Both the position numbers and the translations under genes were made by a program. The notes under the pieces were generated by a model. It saw only the letters and a list, made by a program, of their open reading frames with translations, had not been told where the DNA came from and searched no databases. A DNA stretch of 64,000 bases from Botryllus schlosseri (taxonomy: Eukaryota): assembly GCA_051294905.1 (NCBI GenBank), contig CM119376.1, positions 17,360,001-17,424,000 on the forward strand. Reading direction: 5' to 3'. The stretch's first letter is position 1, and each line of letters starts with the position of its first letter. Positions 1 through 13,350 of this stretch are shown in pieces.

Positions 1-3000
1 GAATCATTGCGGGCCACTGTGGATTTCATTTCCACTGTCAATTCACCAGATGCATCTAACAGTTCTGAGGAAGACAAACGAGACCTGACCGGTAATCATG
101 GAAATCCATGTAACACGAGAGAGACTGATGGATCTTCGTCTGATAATAGCTCTTCCAGAAGGACTTCTTTCGACAGTGAACTCAAAATTGTTTGCAGACG
201 GATTAGATCGTGTTGCAATGATAAAGGGCTGAAATGAAGAAAAATCTCTACGAAACAGGGCAACATTTTCAAGCATTAGGAGAGCTGTATGTTACCATGG
301 CAATGAACGAAGTCTGCTCGACGACGGATCAAAAACTGCATTTTATCCGGGCAGCTGTGCTTTTCAATGCGGCGATCGTTAGATTTGGAATTGCAGATAG
401 TTCCTGCGACCAAGTTACGGCTACTGAAAAGCTGCAGTGCTTATTCAAGCAAATTTACGGGATAATCGGGTCGAGTGAAACCGATCAGACACTAATAGAG
501 TTTTGCCAGGAACTGAAGCACGAACTGGGAAACATCAGAAGACACGAAAGAGAAATTCTGAACCGCGTTAAGAGACTACGATGTTCAGGGGCTTCGAAAT
601 TGGACTCTAATGGCAAAGGACAAGTTACCTTCATTAGAGAGCTGACCGAAGAAAATTCGACAAATTATCGACGTATCATGGTGAAAGTTTTGGGGAAATG
701 CATAGACGTTATGGGAGACCCCCCATGTGACTTCGAAATTGTTGGTCTCGGTTCGTTAGCGAGGGGGGAAGTGACCATGTCTTCAGATTTTGAACATGCA
801 ATAATTTTAGATGACAAGGTTTTGATCGCCAAGGAGATTCGAGAATATTTCAGATGGCTCACAGTTCTTTCTTGTATCATCGTAATCGGATTAAGAGAGA
901 CAATCGTTACCAGTGTTGATATCAAGTATCTGTGCGATCCCGACGCTCTAGACAAAAGTGAATGCTGGTTCAAGGATGAGTATACGCCTTGCGGATTATC
1001 GTTGGATGGTATCATGTCACACGCCTGCAAGTGCCCTATCGGGAAGGTGAGATTAACCAAAAATAGGAAGCACAAGGTTGAACTCATACAGACCGCACGC
1101 GATATGGCGACATACATGACAATTAGCGAACAGCTGAAAATGGATATGTACTGGATGACATCCTCGGCACCACTTGTTTCGTATATGGCAATATGACTGT
1201 CTATGATGCGTTTCGTGCACAATGTCACAAAATCAACCTATCACAGACTGGTGCAGTTCTTTATAAGCAGCAACGTGACTTGCTTCGACACGTTATTCTC
1301 TTGGAAAGTAGTGAAGGCAATATTCATGTGAAAAAGGCGATATATCGACCCATATCAGTTCTCTTACACATAATTGCGAATATCTTCAAGTCGTACTTCA
1401 GCAGCAGCTTTTCCATCCTTGATGATCTGTTGCACAAAGGCGTTATTGACATCGAAACATACGCTGAATTGTCACGCGCGGTCGGCGTAGCTTTGGAGAT
1501 TCGCATGCGTTGCTCTCAGACGAGGCATTGTCGAAAGAATGTCATCAAATGCAAAGATCTGAAAGACTTGATCGGAGCTAAACACGCTGCATATCTCCAA
1601 GAAGCCCCCCGTTTGCTCATTAGTACAGTTAACGATCTGTTGCACAGAAAGTTCATATTGGAAGAAAAGCGTGATGCATTACACTTCACATACCGAACCT
1701 GTGATATTTGGTATAAAGTGAATTATGCGTGTGAGATCGCATTGCGTATAAACGACGAGAGTCTCATTTTCGACGTACTGGTAAAGATAACCGAACTTCT
1801 AGAACAATACCGGACAAACAAAATAGACTCAACTACAGCTTATCGATGTTTAACAATGCAAATCAGTGCGTTGTTTATCTGCTTGTCAAATTGGCTTTTG
1901 AGCACCGTCAATTCCCCGTGTGTCCTTGATTCCATGTCCGTAGGCGTCATGAGAGACCCAGTAGACTGGTGCTGCAATGTGCTATCTAAGTTCGAACCTT
2001 GCATTTCAATTTTACTGTGCAGAGTAGGTAGCCTGTATTCGCATCAACGATATGACGAAGCAAACAAATATCTTGACGAATGCATAGCGATGAGTTTGAC
2101 GAAGCAAAAAGTTCCCGATTCAGATCTGGATTCTATAGCAGAATGGGAAGTCGCAGTGAAGATGAAGAGCTTATCATCGCGCGAAGCGCAGAAATACTTC
2201 AGTGCAGCATTTTCTAAATCGCGCAATTCAACAAAGTTCGTGCAGGCAATGCATCATATCGGCAAGTTAGAGGCGGAAATGTTATGTGAAAGAAATAAAT
2301 CTGAAGATATTCCTTCTTTAATGCGAACGATCATGAACAAGATTCAACTAAATAGTGGCATTTTCCAACCTAGCCAAGTCCGAAAACTATTGAGCCATAT
2401 AGCTCGTATTATGCTTTCAATTCAAGGTGGCACCAGCGTTGCAAACGCTAAGCAGCAGCCAATTATCAGTCGAGATACAAAAAAACCGACAACTCCGAGT
2501 AAAATACATGTAAAGATTACTGGACGCCAAAGTCACACCGCAGAACACTACAAATATTCCTTCGGAATTCAACGGAATATCGGCAAACATTCCAACTTTA
2601 CCTTCACAAAATCACGATACGCGGGGCCATTGATTGTGCAAGAAGTCATTGTGAATTATTATCATGCGTGGCAAATATTCTCTGCGGAAAGTTACGACGA
2701 CATGGTGATGCTTATTGAATATAGCATGAATGAATTACTTACTTGTCCAAAATTGCGCCCACTGGAATGCACGCGATCCATGATAAAACACACCAAATGC
2801 ATAGCCTTGTTGGCTTTGTGTGAAAATATCAGAGCTTCTGATCACTGCTTATTTGAAAAACTGTGCGACTCCGCACCTATTGAAATCAAGAAGACGGTAT
2901 TATTCCAGTCATTCATTTATCCTTGTTTGAAACAACTTTCATCGCGATTGTTGATCAAACGAACGATGGTTACGAAACAAAATGAAGTGTGTAAAGGAAT

Positions 3001-3538
3001 ATTCTGCAATTCAAGCTTTCTCGTGGGGAATTAATTCAGAGCTGCTGTGTTGGATTTCGTCAATTTCAGATTCAACGAAAGCATCAAACTCGTATGGAGA
3101 ATACTTCATCGTGGTGACTGTACCGGTAGAAACTTACAGACGAAGTTTTTTCTCATGTGCCTACTCGCGATCATGATCGAAAGAAAACGGGAATGTCCCC
3201 TTCCACATTTACGAAAATGCAGGGAATTCGCCGCCAAACACGCCTATTTGTGGGACACGCAAGGAAATATCGATAAGGCCAAACTTTTCAGGGAGAATCA
3301 GATTGTGTCGAGATTCTACTACCGACAAAATAGTGCGCTCGCTGCGGTGTATAATCTGGCCGTGGATGCTTCCTTTTTCGATTGGAGAGGTTCTGCGGCA
3401 CTTAGTTGGAAACTTCTACATACTGGGAAAGTGAGAAATGCATTGCTGGACCACTGCTCGCTCTTATTACTTCACGTGGCGGAGGTAGCGTACGGCGAAG
3501 CTATCAAATATCAGTTAATGCTTAATGCATCAACATAA
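1..3538 (+). pseudogene. Disrupted, divergent paralogue (copy A) of the DUF294-like nucleotidyltransferase gene; 5' end runs off the window
   Basis: ORFs 7-237, 234-1196, 1193-3034 and 3047-3538 align collinearly with the 1215-aa ORF at 13351. One base is missing in each of two A-runs (232-234 and 1137-1140), and an in-frame TAA at 3032-3034 sits where copy B has TCA. The motif GLGSLARGEVTMSSDFEHAIILDD is intact. Confidence 0.85.
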
Positions 3539-5520
3539 CATGGATGCATAAAACACAAAAAGGTCTGTTGCTCAGTATATTGTCCTCGTTTCAATATACA
3601 TGGCATAATCAGTGAATATCGTATATCGCGCAAGAACTTCAAATGATTTCGATCACAACACCACGTAATACAAAGGAATTGTTGCAATAGAATATGACAG
3701 TGGCTCTCAAACCAGCGCCTTGGTGTTGCCAGTTGTTTCATTTTCCATCGTTCTCCTGTCTTTCCTATTGGAAATGCAAACGCATCAGATCAAGCTAATG
3801 CAGTGGTTCTTGACTGGTGTTCCCGGGAACGCCAAGGGTTTCCCGAGCCAGTGTTAAGGGTGCCTTGCGGGAAGTCAAGACTCACACTCAACGCATCGGA
3901 GAGAGAACACACTAATTTGCAATAATAAATAGATATAAATACTCTGTTGATGCATTTTGTGCACCTTAGTGCGGTAGCTGTTTGTTTTTATGAAATGAAA
4001 TTTGGGGCTACCGCGGGCTTTCAGATTAGCGTAAGTTCTCCCCGGGCTAAGAACCACCGCCCTAATAAGCTAATAAGAGTACGAAGTTGACGTGGCGACT
4101 TCATCTTTTGCCAGATTTACATCAGCTTGGCGGTGTTATAGCATTACATAAATGCATATCGTTTTTATTTGACTTTATGCAGCACCGAAAGAAACGGTAT
4201 TCAATGCCAGAGTGATATACTTGACTTTTTATAGTAGTTGAATCGAATATGTGGCGTGTAGCACTGAACAATGAACAGACATTGTCGCGAAACCGCGAAT
4301 TCATTTTTATAAAAGTACGCTTGGACATTGTACAGTGTTACCACTGAAATGCACGTTACAATGACGTGAAAAATTGAATATATATAATTGAAATATCGGA
4401 AATATGGATTCGATAGTTGTGAAGCTGCAGATTATATGATCATAAGCTGAAAAATATGTGGTACTAGATTCATCTTAATAGATCGTACCATCGATATGAT
4501 CCGAAAGCTGTATGCCAATTGCCGATTATTAGGCTGGCTTATAATCCATGATGGTGTTCATGAAATTTTACGGTGGTGAGTCTGATGAGACGGGGTAAAA
4601 TCGCCTTACCCAGATAAACGTGCTATGGCTGAGAGTCGATTAAAGTCTCGCGCCTATGACCGTGGACAAGCCGACTACGCCTACTAGATTGGAATACTAT
4701 TCCTCATTTCGACAATATCGAGAAAAGAGGCGTTTCGGAGTCGGACAAAGCACCTTGTGCTACCGTGCCCATTTCCCACTACCACCCGACGTACTATGAA
4801 CACAATGCGCTGCACGAAAACACCTGGCAACAGCGACAAGGGGGCGCGGGAGAAGAAAAGGTTAAGAACCTCTGTTGTATAGGCCTAATATGTTGAATAG
4901 TTATATAATCCTACCTTTTCTCATTTGATCCTGACATGATTTACGATGACGAAAGTGCTGCGCAATACCTTTGCTTGCTATAATATATCCTATACTTGAT
5001 ACTAAAGCAAACTTAATCTGGCTTTATGACAGAAGTCACAGAACCTCACTCGGACCAAAATCAAACACCGACCATGTAGACGGAGAAGGCATTTTACCAT
5101 TCTATATAACTTTCGTAGTTTTGTGGATTGCTTACCGTGATGACAATGTCATATAGCAATGTGACGTAATTTCATTTCCGAGGATTGCCTTAAACTAGTT
5201 TCCTACGTCGTTGCCCAACAATAAAAATCGTCGAGGGGATTTTGAAAATCGGGTAACCACAACTGATTTCTCGCTTGAGTTATTACTGATTTGGTTGTGT
5301 TTCGAATGTCATGGTCGCTTGCAACCCCAGACATAATCTGGCCTATTACCTGATCTTTTAGGAAAGCACATATCGAATTCGAGCTTTTGTTTCACACTAT
5401 ACCGCCACGGCGCCACTCGTCTATTGTACTCAGCTGTGCGTTTCCTACCCAATCTGGGCACGATGGGCGATGACGCCGCAATATCTGTACCATGGTTAAG
5501 TGGAACTTGGCCAGTACAAT

Positions 5521-6142
5521 TACGCAATCAAACGTCCGGTCATACAGTAATCGGCTACAGCGTATCGCCCTCCATTTTTATACAGTTCTACCTACACTAG
5601 GGGTATTCAAAAATGACCTCTTTCTCAAATCATACTGGCCAATTGATAAAATTGTTAGTTTACCTAATTTAAGCCTACACACCAAATTTGGTTCAATTCC
5701 AATTTACGGTGACTGATTCTTTAATTATTTATTATAGTTGTGCTCACCGTAAATACTATTTTATTCAAATCAAAATTTTTCGACGACAATAACTCCGCTT
5801 CCACTGGTTGGAATTGAACCAAATTTGGTGAACATCGTTCCTGTAGACAACGTAACACATTTATGGGGTGAACAGAAATCTTCCATTTTTTTATTATTTA
5901 TTTTTATACAACAAATCGAAACTTTCTTCTCCTGTAGCAATCCGGCTACTGGCTGGAGTCGAACCAAATTTGGTGTGCAGGCTTAAATTAGGGAACCTAA
6001 CAATTTTATCAAGTAGCTGGTATGATTTGAGAAAAAAGTCATTTTTGATTACCCCCAGTGTAGGTAGGACTTTATAAAAATGGAGGGCGATACGCTGAGA
6101 CGCTGTAGCCGATTACTGTATGACCGGGTGTTTGATTGCGTA
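5521..6142. repeat. ~620-bp imperfect palindrome (foldback) inside a dispersed repeat
   Basis: Left arm TACGCAATCAAACGTCCGGTCATACAGTAATCGGCTACAGCG... is mirrored by ...CGCTGTAGCCGATTACTGTATGACCGGGTGTTTGATTGCGTA; the inverted similarity extends >150 bp inward. Confidence 0.8.
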
Positions 6143-6853
6143 CACTCATAGAGCGGCTAGAAAGAGGAAGTTCTTGAGTGGCGTTTCTCCTACTATTGAT
6201 CCGTGTCACTTCTGCTTTTTGCTGCTTGACTGCCTGCGTGTTGCGTGACTGTTCTGTGTTACAATCGTTCGAGACAGCTTACAGTTATGGCAAATTGACA
6301 GGTGATGTACCGGTAATATGTATCGCGGAACCGCTTCAAGACATTCGTTTGTGGCTTATATGTATATATTTTTTGTGACCGGGAAATACGGTATTCAGTT
6401 ATTTAGAAACTATTTGATTGAGCAGGGATAAGAAGGAAACACAGCTTGTCACTGTTTCCGATTTTCTGGAGAATGAGAAGCATTCAGTATTACAACGTGT
6501 CTCGAGACATATCAAATACAAACTCTTTATTCGACTCAACATTGGCGTAATTATCGTGCCTGGAAGAGTAGTGAAGTGTCAGCAAAATGTTGTTACGCTT
6601 AGTTAGAAAAGTTTAGCGGTGACAGGCAGAATATCGCAGTAGTCGATTGCGATTACATGCAAAAGTAAAATCGGATATAAATATATAATATATTCTTCGT
6701 TAGTCACGGTGCAATGACCACCAACATAGCTAATAGGCTACTTGTAATGATCAGTGCAATTTACAAATCCGACTGTTCTATGTTCACATATGTTTAATAC
6801 GTCTTAGTGTAACGTTGAGTCATAGTCTTATTAGAAATAATCAATTAGATATA

Positions 6854-8036
6854 CAGAGGTGATCAAAGTAGTCAAGAATGCTACTCAAGTAGAAGTAGAA
6901 GTAACAAAGAAAAAATCTACTCAAGTACGAGTAGAAGTAGCCATTTTAAAAGCAGCCTAAAACTACTTGAAGTGGAAGTAGAATTGACTGACTTTAAATC
7001 TACTCAAGTAAGTAAGTAGTTGTGAAAACTATCGAAATTCGTACGCATAAACTGCCAAAAGCTGCAAATTGAGCTATGCAAAAGGTGCAGAGCTCGATTC
7101 ATATTGATGCATCCCAGAAGGTATAAATTGTCGACAGCATAAGCATTCGTCCGCATCATGGGATGAAAATGATAGCGTTGATATAGGGATGCCATACTAA
7201 TCCTCTGTTTACTCGAACGCCCCGATTGAGAAAATATCATGATATTGCGTCCTCCTCCATATTATAAGGACCGTAGTTTGGTCGAAGTGCAATATGGATA
7301 AGTTGTGTCGGATGCGGTGTTAACACTTTGCGCGATTAGTAAACGTTAATAAAAAATATGGCTGATCGTAAAGATGCCATATAGTGTGACTTTCTTTTCG
7401 GATATTAGAGGCATTGCTACACTTTCTTTTATACTTCAACATGTATGGTCTCCAGATAAAGGAACTAAAACTAATTAGAACTCAAAGTCTGATACTGAGA
7501 ATTGAAAGAGAAATATAAATACTACTTCGAAAAAGCCGAAAATATATTTCATGACTTTTGTATATATTACGATATGACAGGTAAATGCTAGATTGCGAAA
7601 CGGTAGTTGCAAACGCTATGATGGACCATATACTAACTGCAATAACATATGTTATATGGGCGACAATGCGGTGTGAACGGAACCACGCAAACCGCTCCCT
7701 AAATGATATTCACCGATACGTTCCAAGAAATCATATTAGTCTCTGTGCGCGAAGTGCGACAAAAATTCTGAGCTTTACTCAACTTTTATGAAAATTAAAT
7801 GTATAATGCTACGTGAAAACATCCTCGAAATTCCTCTTTCTGATTGCTGGATTACACTACTTCTACTTGATAAACTGAAAATAGCAAAACGTAAGTAATA
7901 AGTAGATCACAAAATATTACGAAGTATAAGTAGAAATAGCGGGAAATTAGATCTACTTGAGTAAGTACCAAAGTAGCGGAAAACTACTCGAGAGTATTTC
8001 AAAAAAGTAGAAGTACTTCGTTACTGATCACCTCTG
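6854..8036. mobile_element. Non-autonomous DNA transposon with CAGAGGTGATCA terminal inverted repeats (TIRs) and AGTAGA-rich subterminal repeats
   Basis: CAGAGGTGATCA...TGATCACCTCTG ends; related copies at 22186-25001 (inverted) and ~63158-63415. No clean TSD. Confidence 0.7.
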
Positions 8037-8618
8037 GATATGCACAATAATAATTATAATCGAATTCATATACGGTCACTTTGATTTTTCTGGAATGAAA
8101 TCGATTGCGGTTAAAAGTATTTGAGAAGATTGTAATGGTAATCCATTTTAGAACCATTTTAGAGTCGATTTTTCCATCAAAAGAATTCAAAAATCAAATA
8201 TTTAAAAAAAGTTAGTGGTATTCTGCGTTTTAACCTTATATGGCACGCGGGTCTCTGAAACACGCTATGATAGTGGTTATCAAACTTTTCTAGACACGCC
8301 CCCCCCCCTTTGCCCCTTATCGTGATATCACAAAATATTAAAGAGAGAAATCAGAATGCTGGCAATCCCAACGGATAGTTTGATGGCATTGAAGGTTATG
8401 GCTATTGATGAGAGAATTCTCAAATATGAAATTCTGACAATAGACAAGAGTAAACACCATGAACCCGATTTCAAAAGATTCCATGCCAAATTAGCACACC
8501 AAAATTTGCCTGTGCCAAACTGATCTCGGTACTATTAACTTGTGATCAAGCCAAAATAGTGGCTCTCAACACTTTCGAGTTATCGGCCTCTGTTCCGGTC
8601 AATATAACGAGGTGGTAG

Positions 8619-8790
8619 GCAGTGTTTGGATGACTCGAGTCATGACTTGACTCGAGTCAAGACTCTTGTAACATTTTTCACATGACTTGACTTGACTCGA
8701 GTCACTTGATTGGTCTCGACTTTTCAGAAATGTGGATTGACTTGTGACTCAGAGCAAAATTTGCAAGTCAATCTCAAGTCAACAAGTAAT
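8619..8790. mobile_element. Fragment of the GACTCGAGTC-repeat hAT family
   Basis: Clustered GACTCGAGTC/GACTTGACTC motifs, as in the ends of the elements at 52878 and 55834. Confidence 0.6.
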
Positions 8791-10008
8791 GATATCGAAA
8801 AAAATCGCCGTATCTTAAACATGTTCGGGTTGTTCTCAAAAGGCTGGTGTGACTTGCGAGTGCGAGGGCGACCAATCTTCATTCATTCATTCGATGATTG
8901 TGCGTTTTACTGCACTGCCATTGTTTTATCACAAATAAATTGACCACAAACGAAGTGATCGGAGCTTATAGCTTACGTTGACGTTGACTAGTATAGCATC
9001 GCCGTAACATCACTTCCTCAGGCCTCTACCCAAAACGTTGGCCTTGGGCCCCCACAGGGTGATAAGCCAAACTTCGGTCAATAATATCGGGAATTGCATA
9101 TATATATTGCTATAAATTTTTTCATCCCCTCTTTTCCCGCGTAATCAGATTTACCGGTATAGAGCTGACTGAGGAGTTGTCTTGGAAAATGTGGGGCCCG
9201 TAAATAATAATTAAACATATTCGGGAGGTTCCGTTGGTATAATGACATCGTTATATATGTTATTTCGTGACCTCCTATCTGCTATGCCAAAAGATATTGA
9301 AATCACCCAAACGTACAAAACTAAAAGACGCATACGATTTCAAATTGGTATTTTTTCACCGGAAAAATCTTTTCCTCTGCGGAATTGCATTTGTCTTCTG
9401 GGGTTCAGATTGCCAGGACAGGAACATTCTGCGCCAGCCATTTAGGCACCTATGGACATTTAAGCATAGGCTATATTAGTAGTGTATACATCGAAGTTCT
9501 CGGTAAAAATATGGACAGTCCTCTTCGGCCAAGATTTTCTCGCTGGCGATCGTTCTGGCACACTTCTCGGAGTCGCCCATATAACACGACCTAAAACTTC
9601 ATATGTCTTGGTGCGACGTAGCGATGTATAATGTCCGCCGACGAAATTCCCATTTCTATAAATCATAAGTATTTTTGCTTAGGGAACATTAAATCGGGGT
9701 TTGGGGCGCGGCAGCAGTTACGGTTCTGACTAGTAGTAAAGTAATCTACTTGCAAAGAGTCTATCTCTGTAGTTACCACACGCATTATGGTAGAAATAAT
9801 TAAAATCTGTTGTAGTAAAACGAAAGATACTTTCCTACGTTCTTGGATAGATAGTGTATGTCCAATTGTCCATACTAAGTAGCTTGCCAAGAATGGAGGG
9901 AGAACATTCAACAGCAGCAGTTGTCGGCTTGCAACACTGAAGTTGTGCGTACACTGCTGGTGAGTGGTGACACACAGTGTTGTTTCATTCAGACAATGTT
10001 GTCTACAC

Positions 10009-11192
10009 CAGTGCTCTTCAACCGGGGTTGTCGTACACCCTAGGGTGTACCAGAATTTGCAAAGGGTGTACCACTCGGATGGGGTGTACAGGGGTGTACC
10101 AGATCCGAATTACAATGAGCCGATGGCTAGCCATCACAAAGGCAGGTTTATGGGTCAGTACCGGTTGTGATGTCATAAGTAAATATTTCTCCTATTCATT
10201 TAGCCGTCGGAAATAGATCAATGTTTCCGTTTGGTGTTGGAAAGTATGCTGTGAACAAACATGTGCTCAGCTAGTCATTTGTCTTTTAGTGATTATTGAG
10301 GAAACCGCCGCGATAGCTCAGACTTCTTGGATCGGTACTTCCTACCCGACGTTCATAAATACCGCAATGCACATAAATGAAGTGACGTAGCCAGCCAGGG
10401 TCGAAACAGCTTCGATGTTGAAATCGAAACCCTTTTGTTTTAAAATGCCAATTTTATGTCCAATATTTCGCCATATATTTGCAATTTAGTATTTTGTTAT
10501 TAGTGATTCAAATTAGCGACAATAGACTGTGTATAGCGGCATACGATCTTAGGTTACTGACATCTCTTTCAGCCCATGTGCTACTATCGACTGTGTGTGG
10601 TGTGGGGCAGGCCTGTTACGCAGTAGGCTGGTGCGCCTGCTATCATCGCTGATCTGAATTACCGCTTCTGTAGCAGTAGCTTTACATACTCTCTCCCCAG
10701 TACTGTTACATTTAGGTTGATTATCGTTCGTAATGTCATGCTGTTTTTGGGCTGACACGAAATAAATTCCAATTTGCGTGGCGGGTGGCCTAACTGGCTG
10801 CGAATAGACAAATATTATTTTATTCAAATCCAAATTTTTTACGGCAATAATTCCGCTTCTACTGGTTGGAATTGGACCAAATTTGAAAAACATCGTTTTT
10901 ACAGACAACCTAATACTTTCATGGGGTGAACAGAAAAATTTCAAATTTTTCGTTATTTATTTTTTACATAATAAATAGAAAATTTCTTCTCCCGTAGCAA
11001 TGCGGCTACTAGTTGAAATTGAACTAAATTTAGTGTGTTGGCTTAAGCTAGGTAACCTAACAGTTTTATCAAGCAACCAGTACGATTTGAGAAAAAAAAG
11101 TCATTTTTGAAGACCCCTAATGAACAGGGGTGTACGAGTTTTGAGCAAACGTTAAACGGGTGTACCACGTCGAAAAAGGTTGAAGAGCACTG
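10009..11192. mobile_element. Non-autonomous hAT element
   Basis: TIR CAGTGCTCTTCAACC...GGTTGAAGAGCACTG; perfect 8-bp TSD GTCTACAC (10001-10008, 11193-11200); GGTGTAC subterminal repeats. Confidence 0.9.
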
Positions 11193-12699
11193 GTCTACAC
11201 TACATCACAATTTTTGATGATCCGTGACGTTCCAAAAGGGATCCGCGAAGACAAAGCTTGGGAACATCTGCTCTAAATTTTTAACGTGAATGGTAGCCTG
11301 ATTTGCTATTTTCCAAGTGCGGGTAGATCATAACGTCGTAAATTTCTACCCGATTACAAGTAAAAGTAGTGATTTCCGAGTCACGTCAAAACTAAAGGGC
11401 AAAAGTACAAACGTACAAATGCAGGTCTGAGTAGAAATAAAGAAACAAGCTAAGGAAGTATTCTCAAAAAGTAGATGTGATCGAAGGCTGTATGCTGTTT
11501 ACCGCTACTTATCATTTGCACTGGATGTCCGTTTAATGAGAAAGCTTTTATCGCATAAACATGCGAAAAGCGAACAATTTTTATAATTAATGATGGTCTC
11601 GGTCAATATGATCGGGAATTGCATATATATTGCTATCAATTTTTATTCTCTCTCTGCTCACGTAATCAGATTTACCGGTAGAGCTGAGTGAGGTGTCTAG
11701 GAAACTGTAGGGCATGTAAACAATAATTAAACATATTCCGCCTGGGCGGACCCGTTGTTATGACTTTCGTTACATGTTATTTCGTGACCTCCTGTCTGCT
11801 ATATCAAAAAATATGGAATCGCCCAAATGTATATACTAAAGGAAACTATAAGACGCACACGATTTCAAATTGGTATTTCTTCATTGGCATTTTTCCCTGC
11901 GGGATGGCATTTGTCCTGTGAGGCTCAGATTGCCAAGAACATTCGGCACCAGTCATTTGGGCGCCTATGTACAATTAAACCTATATGTATTTTGTCTATA
12001 TAACGAAGTTCTCGGTCAGCGTAAGGGTAGTCCTTTTCGACCAAGGTGTTCTCGCTGCCGATCGTTCTTGCACACTTCTTGGAGTTGCATGTTACATGGC
12101 CTGAAACTTTTTATGTCTTGGTGAGTCGCGGAGCGGTTATGGCCAACGCCGATATGCCCGTTACTATAAATCTTGCGTATTTTTTCTAGGGGGAAGAGTA
12201 CCCAATAGATATTAGGCAACTTGAAATCGCGCATAGCACGAAAAAAATTTTGAAACCGTTGCATAAATTTTCGAAAAATACTCTGTAATTTATGTTAATT
12301 CACGAAATAATTTTAGGCCCCTTCGAGATCGCCCCCGCTCAATTGGGGGTTTGGGTACGGCAGTTACGGTCCTGTTAACTTAGCACGACTGCGTAAATAA
12401 ATACTCGCTTCTGTCTGACATGCAGCTGCAGAAATCATATGAAGGATTTCGTTTTAATATAGTAGCCTACTTCAAATTTCACACAGTATGATGCCATCTT
12501 CTAGAATAGCACGATTTGGGCAGTTTATACCTAGCATATACTAGCAATTCATGTGGTGGCACTGGTAATTAGCCAAGTGCGTTTCTCCCATCCGATGCTT
12601 GAGCAGAGCACTCATGAATTGAATATGCTTGTTTAACGTTTGATTACGGCTCATCCGTCGTATGCCGCGCCAATGAATACAAAACATTTTGTGGGAAAA

Positions 12700-13212
12700 T
12701 TGGTTTTAAACAAATGCCCTTTTGAGAAAAAAAAATTGTTTTTTTTCTTTCAAACGTTGTCTAATTATGCCATAATTGTGTAAGTACGTCCGAAAACCCA
12801 TGTAGTATGAGCCTACGGACGATTTACACCAAGAATAGTCGACGTATACGATGTGGGGTGGCTGGAACCCTCGAAATCGTCGTCGGCTCAACAGATTTTG
12901 AATGTAGGTATAGGTCATTGGTGCGGAATGGGTGTTCTGATGATGATGACCGCCAACCGTAAAAATGCTGCATAATGATGTAGTTCTGGTTAAAGATATT
13001 TTTGGTCTCTTTATGACAGTGGTCGGAAGCCCTTTTCGTCGAAGGAGCCATATTTACCCTATATTTTCAATTGTCGATGTCAATCCACTTTGACGTCACA
13101 ATTAAATATTCGTGACATCATGGCGAAAAAGAATTGAAAAACATGTTTTAGACAAGGGTCTTGTTTTAAAGACGTTTTTTTTAAATCGATTTTTGTTTTA
13201 AATGCAACCCTA
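12700..13212. mobile_element. Partial copy of the TAGGGTTGCA-TIR MITE family, just upstream of NTase copy B
   Basis: Ends in AATGCAACCCTA; interior matches 21110-21549, ~19276-19630 and ~37058-37570. Confidence 0.7.
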
Positions 13213-13350
13213 ATTCAACTGCTGAAGCTTGTCATTTTCGCAACGCACAGACCCTCATAAGACTACAAGCACCAAAGGAATTGACATTTCTAAGAGTGAT
13301 CTTGTTTTCAGAATAATACATATTTCTATCAGAAGCCCTGACAATTTACC

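Noticed and set aside
665-1228. Antisense ORFs over the NTase genes (also 14121-14630, 58636-59145, 59491-60054)
   Set aside because: Shadow frames of a conserved sense CDS; their recurrence follows from the paralogy.
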